DNA of 58,361 nucleotides. Source: an uncultured Pseudomonadota bacterium. GTDB lineage: Bacteria > Pseudomonadota > Gammaproteobacteria > Burkholderiales > Casimicrobiaceae. The stretch covers positions 1 to 58,361 of the forward strand of contig CALFEY010000080.1 of assembly GCA_937958295.1 (NCBI GenBank). The letters are read 5' to 3'. The notes beneath the pieces are model-generated. The model was not told the DNA's origin. It did not search any database and saw only the letters and a program-made list of their open reading frames with translations. Positions 37,983 through 48,851 of the stretch are shown here, piece by piece (position 1 is the first letter of the stretch; every line of letters starts with the position of its first letter). Position numbers and translations under genes: made by a program.

Positions 37983-40900
37983 ATGGCTACTGATATCACT
38001 CCGGAGTTTGACCTCGGCCCACTGTCGTGGGTGCAGGGTGAGATCGACCAGGCGCTCACGCGGGGCCTCGAGTCGCTCGCGCAGTTCAAGGCGGCGCCCA
38101 CCGAGGGCAACACCCTCAAGCACGCGCGCTCGCACATCCACCAGGCTGCGGGCGCCATCCAGATGGTGGGGCTCGACGCCGTGGTGGCCTTCACCGACGA
38201 GCTCGAGCGGCAGCTCGCGCGCCTCGAGGAGCTCCCGCCCGGCGAGGCCGCGGCCAGTTGCGACGTGATCGATCGAGCGTGCCGCAAGCTCAAGATCTTC
38301 CTCGACGAGATCGTCAACGGTGCGCCGCCGGTACCGCTCAAGCTCTATCCCGAATACGAAGCCATGCAGACGGCCCGCGGCGTCAAGGCCGCCGCGCCCA
38401 CCGACCTCTTCTATCCGGACCTGTCTCCGCGCGCGCCGCGGCTCACCCAGCGCGAGGCGATTCCGCCCAACCGACTGCCATCGCACATCGTGAAGCAGCG
38501 GCGGCTCTACCAGCGGGGCCTGCTCGCCTGGCTCCGCGGCGACGAGGGTGGGGCGGTCACGATGCGCGACGCGGTTGCCGGCATCGAGGACGTGACCACG
38601 CAAGGCAACCTGCGGGCCTTCTGGTGGACGGTGGGTGCGATGCTCGAGGGCATGGTCGAGAAGGGCCTCGACGCCGGCTTCGGCGTGAAGCAGCTTACCG
38701 CCCGCATCGATCTGCAGATCCGCCGCGTCGCCGAGGGCAGCGCCAAGGTGGCCGACCGGCTGCGTCGTGAAGTGCTCTACTTCGTGGCGATCAGCGCGCC
38801 GGTAGGGCCGCAGGTGCAGGCCGTCCAGCGCGCCTTCAAGCTGTCGGGGCTCATTCCGTCGGCGGAAGTACTCTCCGCCGACGTCGTGCGGCTGCAGCCG
38901 ATCCTGCGCGAAGCGCGCGAGCAGCTGGCAGGTGCCAAGGATGCGTGGCTCAAGGCGGCCTCGGGGCGCGCCGAGAATCTGCCCAAGCTCAAGCAGACGC
39001 TCGCCTCGGTGCATGCCAAGGCCGCGGACATCCATAACGGCGCGCTGATGAAGCTCACGTCGGCGCTCGTGGAGCGGCTCGACCGCATGCCATCCGCCGG
39101 TGTCTCCGAGCCCATGGCCATGGAGTACGCCACGGCCCTCCTGCTCGCGGAGAGCGCCTTCGAGAACTACTCCAACCTGTCGTCGGAGTTCCCCCAGCAG
39201 GTCGATGCGATGCTGGCGCGGCTCGATGCCGTGCACCAGGGACGCGCCGCGACCAGCGGCGGCGCGCCGATGCTCGACGAGATGAGCAAGCGTGCGCAGG
39301 AGCGCGTATTGCTCGCGCAAGTGGGCCGCGAGATCCAGGTCAACCTGCGTCGCATGGAGCAGGTGCTCGACGCCTTTTTCCGCGACAACTCCAAGCGCGC
39401 CGAGCTCGCCACCCTCGCCAAGGACAGCGCGCAGATTCGCGGTGCGCTGCGCATTCTCGGGCTCGACGAGGCCGATCGCCTGCTCGCGCTGTGCGAGCAG
39501 CAGATTGCCACGTATGCCGATCCTGAGAGCGCGGTCAGCAACGACGATCTCGAGCTTCTCGCCGAGTCGCTGTCCGGCCTCGGCTTCTACATCGAGGCGG
39601 TCGAGCAACAGCGGCCGGAACGTGATCGCCTCATCGCTCCGCTGATCGCCAAGCGTCTCGGCGAAGCGCCCGCTCCGGCGCCCGCGGAAACGGACTCCGT
39701 GGAGGCTGCGGTCGCCGAGTTGCGTGGCGCCTTGCCGCGTCTCGTGGAAGAGTTGCACGCGGCACCGAGCGATGCCGTGGCGCGCGATGCGCTGAAGCAG
39801 AAGCTCGTGAGCCTGCGCGACGACGCCGAGCTCATCGGCGATGCCGACCTCGCCGCGCAGGTGAGCGCCATCGTGGCGGAGCTGGAAGCGGGTGACGCGC
39901 AGCGCCTCGCCGCGGCTGCCGATGCCATCGCCGACACCTCGGCGCCCGCGCCCGAGATCTCCGACGAAACGCAGCGCCTGCTCGCCACCGATGCCGGCGA
40001 GCTCGACCGCGAGCTCCTCGAGATCTACCTCTTCGAGGCCGTCGAGGTGTTGGACGGTATCGCCCAGAACCACCACGCGCTCCAGGAGAACCCGGGCGAC
40101 CGGGAGGCCCTGCGTACCGTGCGGCGGGGCTTTCATACGCTGAAGGGCAGCGGCCGGATGGTGGGCCTCACCGAGCTCGGCGAGTACGCCTACGATGCCG
40201 AGCGCGTCATCAACCGACTCATCGAGGAGGAGCGCCCGGTCACCACCGCGGTCGTCGCGCTCGTGGGAGTTGCCCACACGAGCTTCCGCCACTGGGTCGA
40301 TGCACTGACGCGCGAGGGTCGTGTGGTGGCCGATCCGCGGCCGCTCCGGGCGGCGATCGTGGCCGTGGAACGCGAGCTGCCCGGCTACGAGCCGCCTGCG
40401 GCGCCGCCGTCCAACGTCATCGAGTTGCCGCGTCCCGCGCAAGCCCCCCCGGCAGGGGAGGACCGCCGAAACCCTAGTCTGCCCGCGCCATTGCCACCGG
40501 TGGCGCCGGCACTCGAGTTTGTCGAGTTGCCCGAGCTGGGTGCCGGTGGCGAAGGAGCGCTCGAGTCGGGCGTGGAATCGGCGGGCGAGGTCACCGAAGT
40601 CATCGAGATGGTGGCCCTGCCGATCGACGACAGTCACGATTCGGACGAGACGGCCGCCGGCCAGGACGACGTGCCGGCGCCGGGTCCCGCTTTCGCGCTG
40701 GGCGCGCCCGCGGTCGCGTCCGCTGCGGCGATGGCCGTGGAGGACCTGGCAACGGTTCCGGCCGCCCGGGACGCGTGGGAGCCGGCGTTCGCAGGGTCCG
40801 GAGGCGATGCCTCGGTCGAGATCGACGTGCCGGTTCTCGACGAATTGCCGGCCGCCGGCGTTGCGAGTCCGGTTCCGCACGTTTCCGGCGTGGCGGACGC

Positions 40901-43900
40901 GCCGGCCGGCCAGACTCTCGAGCGGCCCGCACTGGAGATGCCCGCACTCGAGATGCCGCTGCTCGACACGCCGGCACTCGACGAAATCGTGCCAACCGCG
41001 GGGGACGGATCCGCCGTGGTGGAGGCGAGCGCTGCCGCAGCCGAGCCTGCGCTCGAGGCGACGGCGGCGGTGGCCACCGCTGACGCTGCTGGGGAGAACG
41101 GCGACGACATCGTCATCGGTGGCGTCGTCGTTTCCCGATCGCTCTGGGCGATCCTGTGCGACGAAGCCGACCAGCACCTGGCCACGCTCGCCCACGAGCT
41201 CTCCCTTCTCCAATTCGATCCGCAGGCGGTGCCCCGCGCGCCCATGGTCCGGGCGAGTCACACCCTGTGCGGCATTCATCGCACGGGCGGCTTCCCGCTC
41301 CTGGCCGCGACCGCGAAGTCGCTCGAGCAGGCGCTCACCGGTCTCGAGCAGAACGGACCGCCCATGGCGAGTGCAGCCTATCCGGTGATTGCCCGCGCGG
41401 TGGCGGGGCTTGACGCCCTCGTCAATCGCGTCAAGCGACGGGAGGCGTTCTCGGCGCAGGATGTCCAGGAAGGCGAGGCGATTCAGCGCGAGCTCGACGA
41501 GTTGCGCACGGACACGAGCGTTGCGTCGGATGCCGAGGCCGCGGCGCTGCTCGCGGCAAGCATCGACGACGACATCGAGCCGCCCTTCGACGAGGTGCTT
41601 GCCGATGCGGCGCTTGAGCATTCAGCGCACGCCGATTCAGTGCCTGAAGGGGCGGTACCGGAGAGTGCCGCTTCTCCCGGCGTCTCACCTGCCGATGCCG
41701 TCCCGGTCGATGATGTTGCCTCGGCGATGAGCGCCGGTGAATGGCACGACGAGCCCGTCGCGTCCGCACCGCCGATGCCGGTGCCGCTGCCGCCCGAGGA
41801 ACGCCAGCGCGCCACGCTCGAGCTCGTCCACCCCGCGCCTGCGGAATCAACCACGACGGCCGGCGTGACTGCGCTGGAGCCCAAGCTCGCGTTGCTCTCG
41901 GCGCCGGGCGATGCCGACGTTCTACCTCCGCCGCGCGTGGACCCGCTCGCCGACATCCGCGACGACGTGGACGCGCAGGTCCTGCCGATATTCCTCGACG
42001 AGGCGGGCGAGCTCTTCCCGCAGGCGGGCGAGCAATTGCGCGCGTGGCGGCGCGCGCCGGGTGACGGGGCGATCGTGGGCCAGTTGCGGCGCACGCTGCA
42101 CACGTTCAAGGGCAGCGCGCGCATGGCGGGGGCGATGCGCCTCGGCCAGCTCGCCCATCTCATGGAAACGCGCCTGGAGGAAGGCGAGGTCGAAGCCTCG
42201 CCCGCGCTCTTCGAGGCGCTCGACGAGGATCTCGACCACATCGCCTTCGTGCTGGACGCGTTGCGTCGCAGCGAGGTCGACGTTCCGCTGCCATGGGTCG
42301 CAGCCATGGCGGCCGCGCAGGCGCCACCGGCGGAGGACGTGGCGGCCGACGCGACGGGGCCCGACGAGACCGGCGATGCTCTCGTGTCCGCGGATGCACC
42401 GGCGGCTGAAGCACCGGCGGCTGAAGCACCGGCGGCTGAAGCACCGGCGGCTGAAACATCGGCGGCTGAAACATCGGCGGCTGAAACATCGGCGGCTGAA
42501 TCATCGGCCATCGCCGCGCCGAACCTCGTCGCCGACGAGCGCGCGGTGGTCGTGCCGCTCACGTTGCCGGTGGCGCCCGCTCCTTCTGCGCCGGCGCCAC
42601 TCGCCCCTGCGGCGCATTCTCCGACCGCCCACCCGCCCGCTGCACCGGCACGCGCCGAAGCGGTTCCCGAGCTCGAGTCGGGTGCGCGCGCGCAGTTGCG
42701 CGTGCGTGCCGATGTGATCGATCGGCTGGTGAACGAAGCCGGCGAAGTGGCCATCGCGCGCGCGCGGGTCGAAGGCGAGCTGCGCGCGCTGAAGTCCAAC
42801 CTCCTCGAGCTCACGAGCAGCGTGATCCGCCTGCGCTCGCAGATGCGCGAGATCGAGATACAGGCCGAGTCGCAGATCCAGTCGCAAATGCCGCAGGAAG
42901 CGCACCAAGACTTCGACCCCCTGGAGTTCGACCGCTATACGCGCTTCCAGGAGCTCACGCGCTCGCTCGCCGAGGGCATCAACGACGTGTCGACCGTGCA
43001 GCAGTCGCTGCTCAAGAACCTGGACGACGCCGATGCGGCGCTCCTTGCACAGGCACGCCTGTCGCGCGACGTGCAGCAGCGTCTCTTCTCCATCCGTACC
43101 GTGCCTTTCGGCAGCGTCTCGGAGCGGCTCTATCGCATCCTGCGCGCCACCGCGCGCGAGCTCGACAAGCGCGCGAATCTCGAGATCACGGGCACCCAGG
43201 TGGAGCTCGACCGCTCAGTGCTCGAGAAGCTCATCGGCCCGCTCGAACACCTCCTGCGCAACGCGCTCGATCACGGCATCGAAGCACGGGAGGCCCGGCG
43301 TGCGGCTGGCAAGTCGGAGACGGGTGAGATCCGCCTCGTGATCCGCCAGGTGGGCAACGAAATCGTGATCGAGCTGGCCGACGATGGCGGCGGCGTGGAC
43401 CTCGCGCGTGTCGCGGAGCGGGCCCGCTCGCACGGCCTGCTCGCGGTCGATGCTGAGCCCACCGACGCGCAGCTCATGGAATGCCTCTTCGCGCCGGGGT
43501 TCTCCACGGCGTCGAAGGTGACGCAGATCTCAGGGCGCGGCATCGGCATGGACGTGGTGCGCAGCGAGATCGGCGCGCTCGGCGGCCGCGTGGAAGTGCT
43601 ATCCGCCAAGGGACAGGGCACGCGCTTCGTGCTCACGCTTCCGCTCACGCTGGCGGTCGCGCAGGCGGTGCTGGTGCGCGCCGGCGCTCGGCTGTGGGCC
43701 TTGCCCGCGCCGATGGTGGAGCAAGTGCAGCAGGTGAAATCGCAAGCGCTGCTCGACATCTACATCGAGCGCAAGGTGCAGTGGCAGGGGCGCACGTATC
43801 CGTTCCATTACCTTCCGCGGCTGCTCGGGGATTCTGCACACAACCCCGAGACCAAGCGTTACAACGCGATCCTGCTCCTGCGCAGCGGTCAGAGCCACGC

Positions 43901-44516
43901 AGCGATCCACGTCGACGAGATGGTCGGCAACCAGGAACTCGTGGTGAAGAACATCGGGCCGCAGCTCGCCCGCGTTTCCGGCATCTCCGGCGCGACGGTG
44001 CTGGGCACGGGCGAGATCGTACTCATCATCAACCCGGTGCAACTCGCCGCCCGGGCCGAGGTGCCGCGGGTCGACTCCCGCGGCGAGGACCGCGCGTTCG
44101 CCGATCGCCCGCGCGCGCCGGTGGCGCCCATCTCCACGCAGCCGCTGGTGTTGATCGTCGACGATTCGCTCACCGTGCGCAAGATCACGAGCCGCCTGCT
44201 CGTCCGCGAAGGCTTCGCGGTGGCCACGGCGCGCGATGGCGTCGATGCGCTGCAGGTGCTTGCGGAGCAGATCCCCGACGTGATCCTCTTGGACATCGAG
44301 ATGCCGCGCATGGACGGCTTCGAGTTCGCCAAGACGATCAAGGGCGATCCCAAGTACCAGGGGATTCCCATCATCATGATTACCTCGCGCACCGCCGAAA
44401 AGCATCGCAACCGCGCGGCGGAGCTCGGCGTCGACCTCTACCTCGGCAAGCCCTACCAGGAGGACGAGCTGCTCGGGCACCTGCGCGACATGACCGGAGT
44501 CGTGGCCGTTCGCTGA
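37983..44516 (+). CDS. chpA: Pil-Chp chemosensory hybrid kinase ChpA/PilL (multiple Hpt, CheA kinase, CheW, REC)
   Basis: Hpt motifs FHTLKGS, SHTLCG, LHTFKGS; HLLRNALDHG; SGRGIGMDVV; C-terminal VDDSLTVRK...DIEMPRMDG. Confidence 0.95.
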   Translation: MATDITPEFDLGPLSWVQGEIDQALTRGLESLAQFKAAPTEGNTLKHARSHIHQAAGAIQMVGLDAVVAFTDELERQLARLEELPPGEAAASCDVIDRACRKLKIFLDEIVNGAPPVPLKLYPEYEAMQTARGVKAAAPTDLFYPDLSPRAPRLTQREAIPPNRLPSHIVKQRRLYQRGLLAWLRGDEGGAVTMRDAVAGIEDVTTQGNLRAFWWTVGAMLEGMVEKGLDAGFGVKQLTARIDLQIRRVAEGSAKVADRLRREVLYFVAISAPVGPQVQAVQRAFKLSGLIPSAEVLSADVVRLQPILREAREQLAGAKDAWLKAASGRAENLPKLKQTLASVHAKAADIHNGALMKLTSALVERLDRMPSAGVSEPMAMEYATALLLAESAFENYSNLSSEFPQQVDAMLARLDAVHQGRAATSGGAPMLDEMSKRAQERVLLAQVGREIQVNLRRMEQVLDAFFRDNSKRAELATLAKDSAQIRGALRILGLDEADRLLALCEQQIATYADPESAVSNDDLELLAESLSGLGFYIEAVEQQRPERDRLIAPLIAKRLGEAPAPAPAETDSVEAAVAELRGALPRLVEELHAAPSDAVARDALKQKLVSLRDDAELIGDADLAAQVSAIVAELEAGDAQRLAAAADAIADTSAPAPEISDETQRLLATDAGELDRELLEIYLFEAVEVLDGIAQNHHALQENPGDREALRTVRRGFHTLKGSGRMVGLTELGEYAYDAERVINRLIEEERPVTTAVVALVGVAHTSFRHWVDALTREGRVVADPRPLRAAIVAVERELPGYEPPAAPPSNVIELPRPAQAPPAGEDRRNPSLPAPLPPVAPALEFVELPELGAGGEGALESGVESAGEVTEVIEMVALPIDDSHDSDETAAGQDDVPAPGPAFALGAPAVASAAAMAVEDLATVPAARDAWEPAFAGSGGDASVEIDVPVLDELPAAGVASPVPHVSGVADAPAGQTLERPALEMPALEMPLLDTPALDEIVPTAGDGSAVVEASAAAAEPALEATAAVATADAAGENGDDIVIGGVVVSRSLWAILCDEADQHLATLAHELSLLQFDPQAVPRAPMVRASHTLCGIHRTGGFPLLAATAKSLEQALTGLEQNGPPMASAAYPVIARAVAGLDALVNRVKRREAFSAQDVQEGEAIQRELDELRTDTSVASDAEAAALLAASIDDDIEPPFDEVLADAALEHSAHADSVPEGAVPESAASPGVSPADAVPVDDVASAMSAGEWHDEPVASAPPMPVPLPPEERQRATLELVHPAPAESTTTAGVTALEPKLALLSAPGDADVLPPPRVDPLADIRDDVDAQVLPIFLDEAGELFPQAGEQLRAWRRAPGDGAIVGQLRRTLHTFKGSARMAGAMRLGQLAHLMETRLEEGEVEASPALFEALDEDLDHIAFVLDALRRSEVDVPLPWVAAMAAAQAPPAEDVAADATGPDETGDALVSADAPAAEAPAAEAPAAEAPAAETSAAETSAAETSAAESSAIAAPNLVADERAVVVPLTLPVAPAPSAPAPLAPAAHSPTAHPPAAPARAEAVPELESGARAQLRVRADVIDRLVNEAGEVAIARARVEGELRALKSNLLELTSSVIRLRSQMREIEIQAESQIQSQMPQEAHQDFDPLEFDRYTRFQELTRSLAEGINDVSTVQQSLLKNLDDADAALLAQARLSRDVQQRLFSIRTVPFGSVSERLYRILRATARELDKRANLEITGTQVELDRSVLEKLIGPLEHLLRNALDHGIEAREARRAAGKSETGEIRLVIRQVGNEIVIELADDGGGVDLARVAERARSHGLLAVDAEPTDAQLMECLFAPGFSTASKVTQISGRGIGMDVVRSEIGALGGRVEVLSAKGQGTRFVLTLPLTLAVAQAVLVRAGARLWALPAPMVEQVQQVKSQALLDIYIERKVQWQGRTYPFHYLPRLLGDSAHNPETKRYNAILLLRSGQSHAAIHVDEMVGNQELVVKNIGPQLARVSGISGATVLGTGEIVLIINPVQLAARAEVPRVDSRGEDRAFADRPRAPVAPISTQPLVLIVDDSLTVRKITSRLLVREGFAVATARDGVDALQVLAEQIPDVILLDIEMPRMDGFEFAKTIKGDPKYQGIPIIMITSRTAEKHRNRAAELGVDLYLGKPYQEDELLGHLRDMTGVVAVR
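40926..40985 (+). repeat. Degenerate 15-bp tandem repeat x4 (PALEM PALEM PLLDT PALDE) in a ChpA linker
   Basis: cccgcactggagatg cccgcactcgagatg ccgctgctcgacacg ccggcactcgacgaa. Confidence 0.7.
42396..42508 (+). repeat. 15-bp VNTR in chpA encoding (APAAE)4(TSAAE)3
   Basis: GCACCGGCGGCTGAA x4, then ACATCGGCGGCTGAA x3, then a partial unit. Confidence 0.95.
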
Positions 44517-44627
44517 CCTCGCCTCCCCTTCTCCCGGTGCTGCGGCGCACGACGCGCGGCCCGGCGAAATGCGCTAGATTGGCCGGCCAAGGCCGTTTCG
44601 AGATCGAGCCGTTTCGAAGGAGGAGCG

Positions 44628-46682
44628 ATGGCGAGCTACGCCACAGAGCACATCCGCACGGTCGCGTTGGTAGGACACGGCGGGTCAGGCAAGACCACCC
44701 TTGCCGAAGCGCTGCTCGCGAAGTGCGGCGCGCTGCCCGCGGCCGGCAGCGTCGAGCGTGGTACCACGGCTTCCGACTGCGATCCCCTGGAGAAGCAGTA
44801 CCGACACTCGCTGCGCGCGTCGTTGCTCCATTGCGAAACCGCCGGCACGCGCCTGCATATCGTTGACACGCCGGGCTTTCCCGATTTCATCGGGCAGGCC
44901 ATCGGCGCGCTCGATGCGGTGGAGACCGCGGCGGTGGTGATCAACGCGCAGGCTGGCATCGAGATGATCACCTCGCGCATGATGGCCTGGGCCGCGGACC
45001 GTCGGCTCTGCCGCCTCGTGATCGTCAACAAGATCGACGGCGACAATGCCGACCTCCAGGGTGTGCTCGCGGCGATCCAGGCCGCGTTCGGCCGCGAGTG
45101 CCTGCCCATCAACCTGCCCGCCGGGGGAGGTGCGCGCGTCGTCGACTGCTTCTTCAATCCGGCGGGGGAGTCGGATTTCTCGTCGGTGGAGGCCGCGCAT
45201 CGTGCGCTCGTGGACCAGGTGGTGGAAGTCGACGAGGCGCTCATGTCGCTCTATCTCGAGCAGGGCGAGATCGAGCCCGCGCAGTTGCACTCGCCGTTCG
45301 AGAAGGCGTTGCGCGAGGGACACCTCGTGCCGGTGTGCTTCGTGTCCGCGCGTACCGGTGTCGGGGTCGCGGAGCTTCTTGACGTGTGCGTGAAGCTGCT
45401 GCCCAACCCCGCCGAAGGCAACCCGCCGCGGTTCACCAAGGGCGAGGGCGACAGTGCCGTCGAGTTCCACTCCGAACCCGACCCCGCGAGGCACGTGCTC
45501 GCCCACGTGTTCAAGGTGGTCATGGACCCGTTCGTGGGCAAGCTCGGCATCTTTCGCGTGCACCAGGGCACGCTTACCCGCGATACCCAGCTCTTCGTGG
45601 GCGACGGCCGCAAGCCGTTCAAGGTGGGTCATCTGTTCATGCTGCAAGGAGGCAAGCACGTCGAGATCGACCACGCCGTGCCCGGCGACCTCGCGGCCGT
45701 GGCGAAGGTCGACGAGATCGAGTTCGACTGCGTGCTGCACGACTCCCACGACGAGGATCACATCCACATGGCGCCGCTCGCCTTCCCCACGCCCATGCAC
45801 GGCGTGGCGATCGAGCCTAAGCGCCGCGGCGACGAAGGCCGTATCTCCGACGTCCTCGCGCGCATGGCGGCCGAGGACCCGACGCTCAAGGTCGAGCACG
45901 ACACCCGCCAGAACGAGACGGTGCTGTGGGGCGTAGGCGACCTGCACCTGCGCTCGGTGCTCGAGCGCATGGCGTCCCAGTTCAAGCTGGAGGTGAGTAC
46001 CCGCCCGCCGCGCATTCCGTACCGGGAGACGATCACCGCGCCTGCCGAAGGCCATCATCGCCACAAGAAGCAAACTGGGGGCGCCGGGCAGTTCGGCGAG
46101 GTTTTCCTGCGCATCGAGCCGCTGCCGCGGGGCGCGGGCTTCGAGTTCGTGAACTCGGTGAAGGGCGGGGCGATTCCCACCCCGCTCATTCCGGCCGTGC
46201 AGAAGGGCGTCGAACAGGTGCTCGCGCAAGGCCCGGTGGCCGGCTACCCGCTGCAGGACGTGCGCGTGAACGTGTACGACGGCAAGTTCCATCCCGTCGA
46301 TTCGAAGGAAGTGGCTTTCGTGGCGGCCGGCAGGAAGGCCTTCGTCGACGCCATCGCGAAAGCGCGGCCGATCGTGCTGGAGCCCATCGTGGGCATGGAG
46401 ATCAGTTGCCCCGCCGCGAGCATGGGCGACGTCACCGGCGACCTGTCCTCGCGGCGCGGCCAGGTCACCGGCACCCGTACGCTCCAGGCGGACTCGCTCG
46501 CTGTCGTGGGTCTCGCCCCGCTCGTGGAGCTCGACGGCTACGCGGCTCGCCTGAAGTCGATCACCGGCGGGCAGGGCGGCTTCACGATGGCGCTGTCGCA
46601 CTACGAGCAGGCGCCGCCGGCGCTGCAGCAGCAGCTCGCCACGGACTACGCGAAGCACCGTCGCCACGAGGAAGACGCGTGA
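44628..46682 (+). CDS. fusA: Elongation factor G paralog (EF-G II-like)
   Basis: GHGGSGKTT, DTPG, NKID, HKKQTGGAGQFG, GKFHPVDS. The canonical RGITI effector motif is replaced, and there is no rpsL/rpsG/tuf context. Confidence 0.9.
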   Translation: MASYATEHIRTVALVGHGGSGKTTLAEALLAKCGALPAAGSVERGTTASDCDPLEKQYRHSLRASLLHCETAGTRLHIVDTPGFPDFIGQAIGALDAVETAAVVINAQAGIEMITSRMMAWAADRRLCRLVIVNKIDGDNADLQGVLAAIQAAFGRECLPINLPAGGGARVVDCFFNPAGESDFSSVEAAHRALVDQVVEVDEALMSLYLEQGEIEPAQLHSPFEKALREGHLVPVCFVSARTGVGVAELLDVCVKLLPNPAEGNPPRFTKGEGDSAVEFHSEPDPARHVLAHVFKVVMDPFVGKLGIFRVHQGTLTRDTQLFVGDGRKPFKVGHLFMLQGGKHVEIDHAVPGDLAAVAKVDEIEFDCVLHDSHDEDHIHMAPLAFPTPMHGVAIEPKRRGDEGRISDVLARMAAEDPTLKVEHDTRQNETVLWGVGDLHLRSVLERMASQFKLEVSTRPPRIPYRETITAPAEGHHRHKKQTGGAGQFGEVFLRIEPLPRGAGFEFVNSVKGGAIPTPLIPAVQKGVEQVLAQGPVAGYPLQDVRVNVYDGKFHPVDSKEVAFVAAGRKAFVDAIAKARPIVLEPIVGMEISCPAASMGDVTGDLSSRRGQVTGTRTLQADSLAVVGLAPLVELDGYAARLKSITGGQGGFTMALSHYEQAPPALQQQLATDYAKHRRHEEDA

Positions 46683-46740
46683 GTCCGCGGCCGCGCCGGC
46701 CGGCATCGTCGCGGGCGGACGCCGCCGCGAGCGATCCGCC

Positions 46741-48183
46741 TTAGCCCTTGCCGAACAACGCCAGCGCTGCGACGCGCGCGGTGGCGTGGTCCACGATGGG
46801 CGCGGGATAGTCGCGTCCCACCACCACCCGCAACGCCCGCTGCTCGGCCTCGGCGACCTTCCAGGGCGCATGGATCTGCGCTGCCGGCAGCGGCGCGAGC
46901 TCGGGCACGTAGCGGCGAATGAAGTCGCCCTTAGGATCGAAGCGCTCGGACTGCGCCACGGGATTGAAGATGCGGAAGTACGGCTGCGCGTCGCAACCGG
47001 TCGACGCTGCCCATTGCCAGCCGCCGTTGTTGGAGGCGAGGTCGTAATCGATGAGGTGCTCGGCGAAGAAGCGTTCGCCCATCCGCCAATCCACGAGGAG
47101 ATCCTTCACGAGGAAGGACGCGCTCACCATCCGCAGGCGGTTGTGCATGTAGCCGGTAGCCACGAGCTGGCGCATCCCGGCATCCACCAGAGGGTAGCCC
47201 GTGCGGCCCGCGCACCATGCCTCGAAGTGCCCGCGCGGATTGGGAAAGCGCAGGTTTGCGTACTCGGGACGGAAGCTTGTGGTCACCACGTCGGGGCGGT
47301 GCCAGAGCACCTGCGCGTAGAACTCCCGCCACACGAGCTCCGATAGCCACGTCGCCGCCCCTTCGCCATCCTTCTCGAGCGAGCGCGCGTGGGCGAAGGC
47401 CGCGAGCGTGCGGATCGACACCGTGCCGAATCGCAGGTGCACAGAAAGGTACGACGGTCCCTTCACGGCGGGAAAGTCGCGCGCATCCCGATAGCGGGCG
47501 ATGCGGCGGCGAAAATCGGCAAAGCGTGCGGCACCGCCCGTCATGCCTGGCGCCACGCCAAGCTCGTCTAAGCCGGTGGCATCGAAGCCGAGCGCGGCGA
47601 GCGACGGCACTTCGGCGTGCGCGGGAGGCGGTGGAACCAGCGTACCGGGAAGGTCGTCGGTCACGCGCGGCGCGAGGTCGGCGGGCATGAGGCGCCCGAG
47701 CCACGCCGCCCGATACGGGGTGAACACGGTGTATGGGTGACCCGCCTGGGTGAGCACCTCGTCGCGGTCGAACACGACGTGGTCCTTCGACAGATGGAGC
47801 GCGATGCCCGCGGCGCGCAACGCGACCTCCACCTCGGCATCGCGCGCGAGCGCGGCGGGCTCGTAGTCGCGATTGGCGTAGACCGCGTCCACTCCGAGCT
47901 CGCGAGCGAGGGCCGGGATCGCGGTGCGGGCCTGCGCGTTCAGCACGCACAGGCCGCCGCCGCGTCGCGCCAGCGCCTGCGCGAGCTCCACCACCGACGC
48001 GCGAATGAACTCCACGCGCCGGTCGGCGCGGCGCCGGAGCGCATCGAGGATCTCGCGATCGAAGACGAAGGCGCCGTGAACGCGCGCGCCCGACGCCAGT
48101 GCGGCATGCAGCGCCGCGTGATCGAAGTCGCGCAGGTCGCGGCGGAACCAGACCAGCGCCGTGCCGGCGGCCGTGGCATTCAT
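46741..48183 (-). CDS. phrB: Class I deoxyribodipyrimidine photolyase
   Basis: [54 protein letters not shown]; start at ATG 48183. Confidence 0.95.
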   Translation of the reverse strand: MNATAAGTALVWFRRDLRDFDHAALHAALASGARVHGAFVFDREILDALRRRADRRVEFIRASVVELAQALARRGGGLCVLNAQARTAIPALARELGVDAVYANRDYEPAALARDAEVEVALRAAGIALHLSKDHVVFDRDEVLTQAGHPYTVFTPYRAAWLGRLMPADLAPRVTDDLPGTLVPPPPAHAEVPSLAALGFDATGLDELGVAPGMTGGAARFADFRRRIARYRDARDFPAVKGPSYLSVHLRFGTVSIRTLAAFAHARSLEKDGEGAATWLSELVWREFYAQVLWHRPDVVTTSFRPEYANLRFPNPRGHFEAWCAGRTGYPLVDAGMRQLVATGYMHNRLRMVSASFLVKDLLVDWRMGERFFAEHLIDYDLASNNGGWQWAASTGCDAQPYFRIFNPVAQSERFDPKGDFIRRYVPELAPLPAAQIHAPWKVAEAEQRALRVVVGRDYPAPIVDHATARVAALALFGKG

Positions 48184-48272
48184 GACCAGAAGCGGGGGTG
48201 ACGTCGCTGTTGCACGCTTCATTGTGGGCCTGCGCGACCTCCGTTTACAATGGGTCATAAGCGGCGCGCCTC

Positions 48273-48824
48273 GTGAACCTTACCCATCACTTCCTGATCG
48301 CCATGCCCGCCATGGCCGATCCCAATTTCGCGCACACCCTGACGTTCGTCTGCAATCACAACAAGGACGGCGCGCTCGGCATCGTGGTCAACCGGCCGAT
48401 CGAGATGACGCTCTCCGCCCTGTTCGACCAGATCGAGGTTCCCCTCGGGGACGCCGGGCTGCGCGGAGCGCCGGTGCATTACGGCGGTCCCGTGCAGGTC
48501 GACCGTGGCTTTGTGCTGCACCGGCCCCTGGGCAACTGGACCTCCACGCTCGCCGTGAGCGACGACCTCGGCCTCACCACGAGCAAGGATGTCCTCGAGG
48601 CCCTGGGCCGCGGCGACGGCCCCGCCGAGGTCTTCGTCTCGCTGGGTTACGCCGGCTGGTCCGCGGGGCAGCTCGAGCACGAGCTCGGCCAGAACGCCTG
48701 GCTCACCGTGGAAGCCGATGCCGATGTCCTCTTCGCAACGCCGGCGGAACAGCGCCTGCCGGCGGCGATGCGCCTCCTGGGCATCGATTTCTCGCGCCTG
48801 TCCGAGGACGTCGGGCACGCCTGA
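48273..48824 (+). CDS. yqgE: YqgE/AlgH family protein
   Basis: [35 protein letters not shown]-terminus. Confidence 0.95.
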   Translation: MNLTHHFLIAMPAMADPNFAHTLTFVCNHNKDGALGIVVNRPIEMTLSALFDQIEVPLGDAGLRGAPVHYGGPVQVDRGFVLHRPLGNWTSTLAVSDDLGLTTSKDVLEALGRGDGPAEVFVSLGYAGWSAGQLEHELGQNAWLTVEADADVLFATPAEQRLPAAMRLLGIDFSRLSEDVGHA

Positions 48825-48851
48825 CGCCGCCGCGTCTTCAGCGTCTGCCCC

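Noticed and set aside
37884-41621. 1245-aa antisense ORF, and similar long ones at 13854-16205, 19233-21722, 3167-5536, 7451-9868 and 44685-46871
   Set aside because: They overlap well-supported genes on the opposite strand, are Arg/Gly/Ala-rich with no recognisable motifs, and are the expected shadow ORFs of high-GC codon usage.
42396-42508. Possible CRISPR-like array
   Set aside because: Head-to-tail 15-bp units without spacers, in frame within chpA, and no cas genes.
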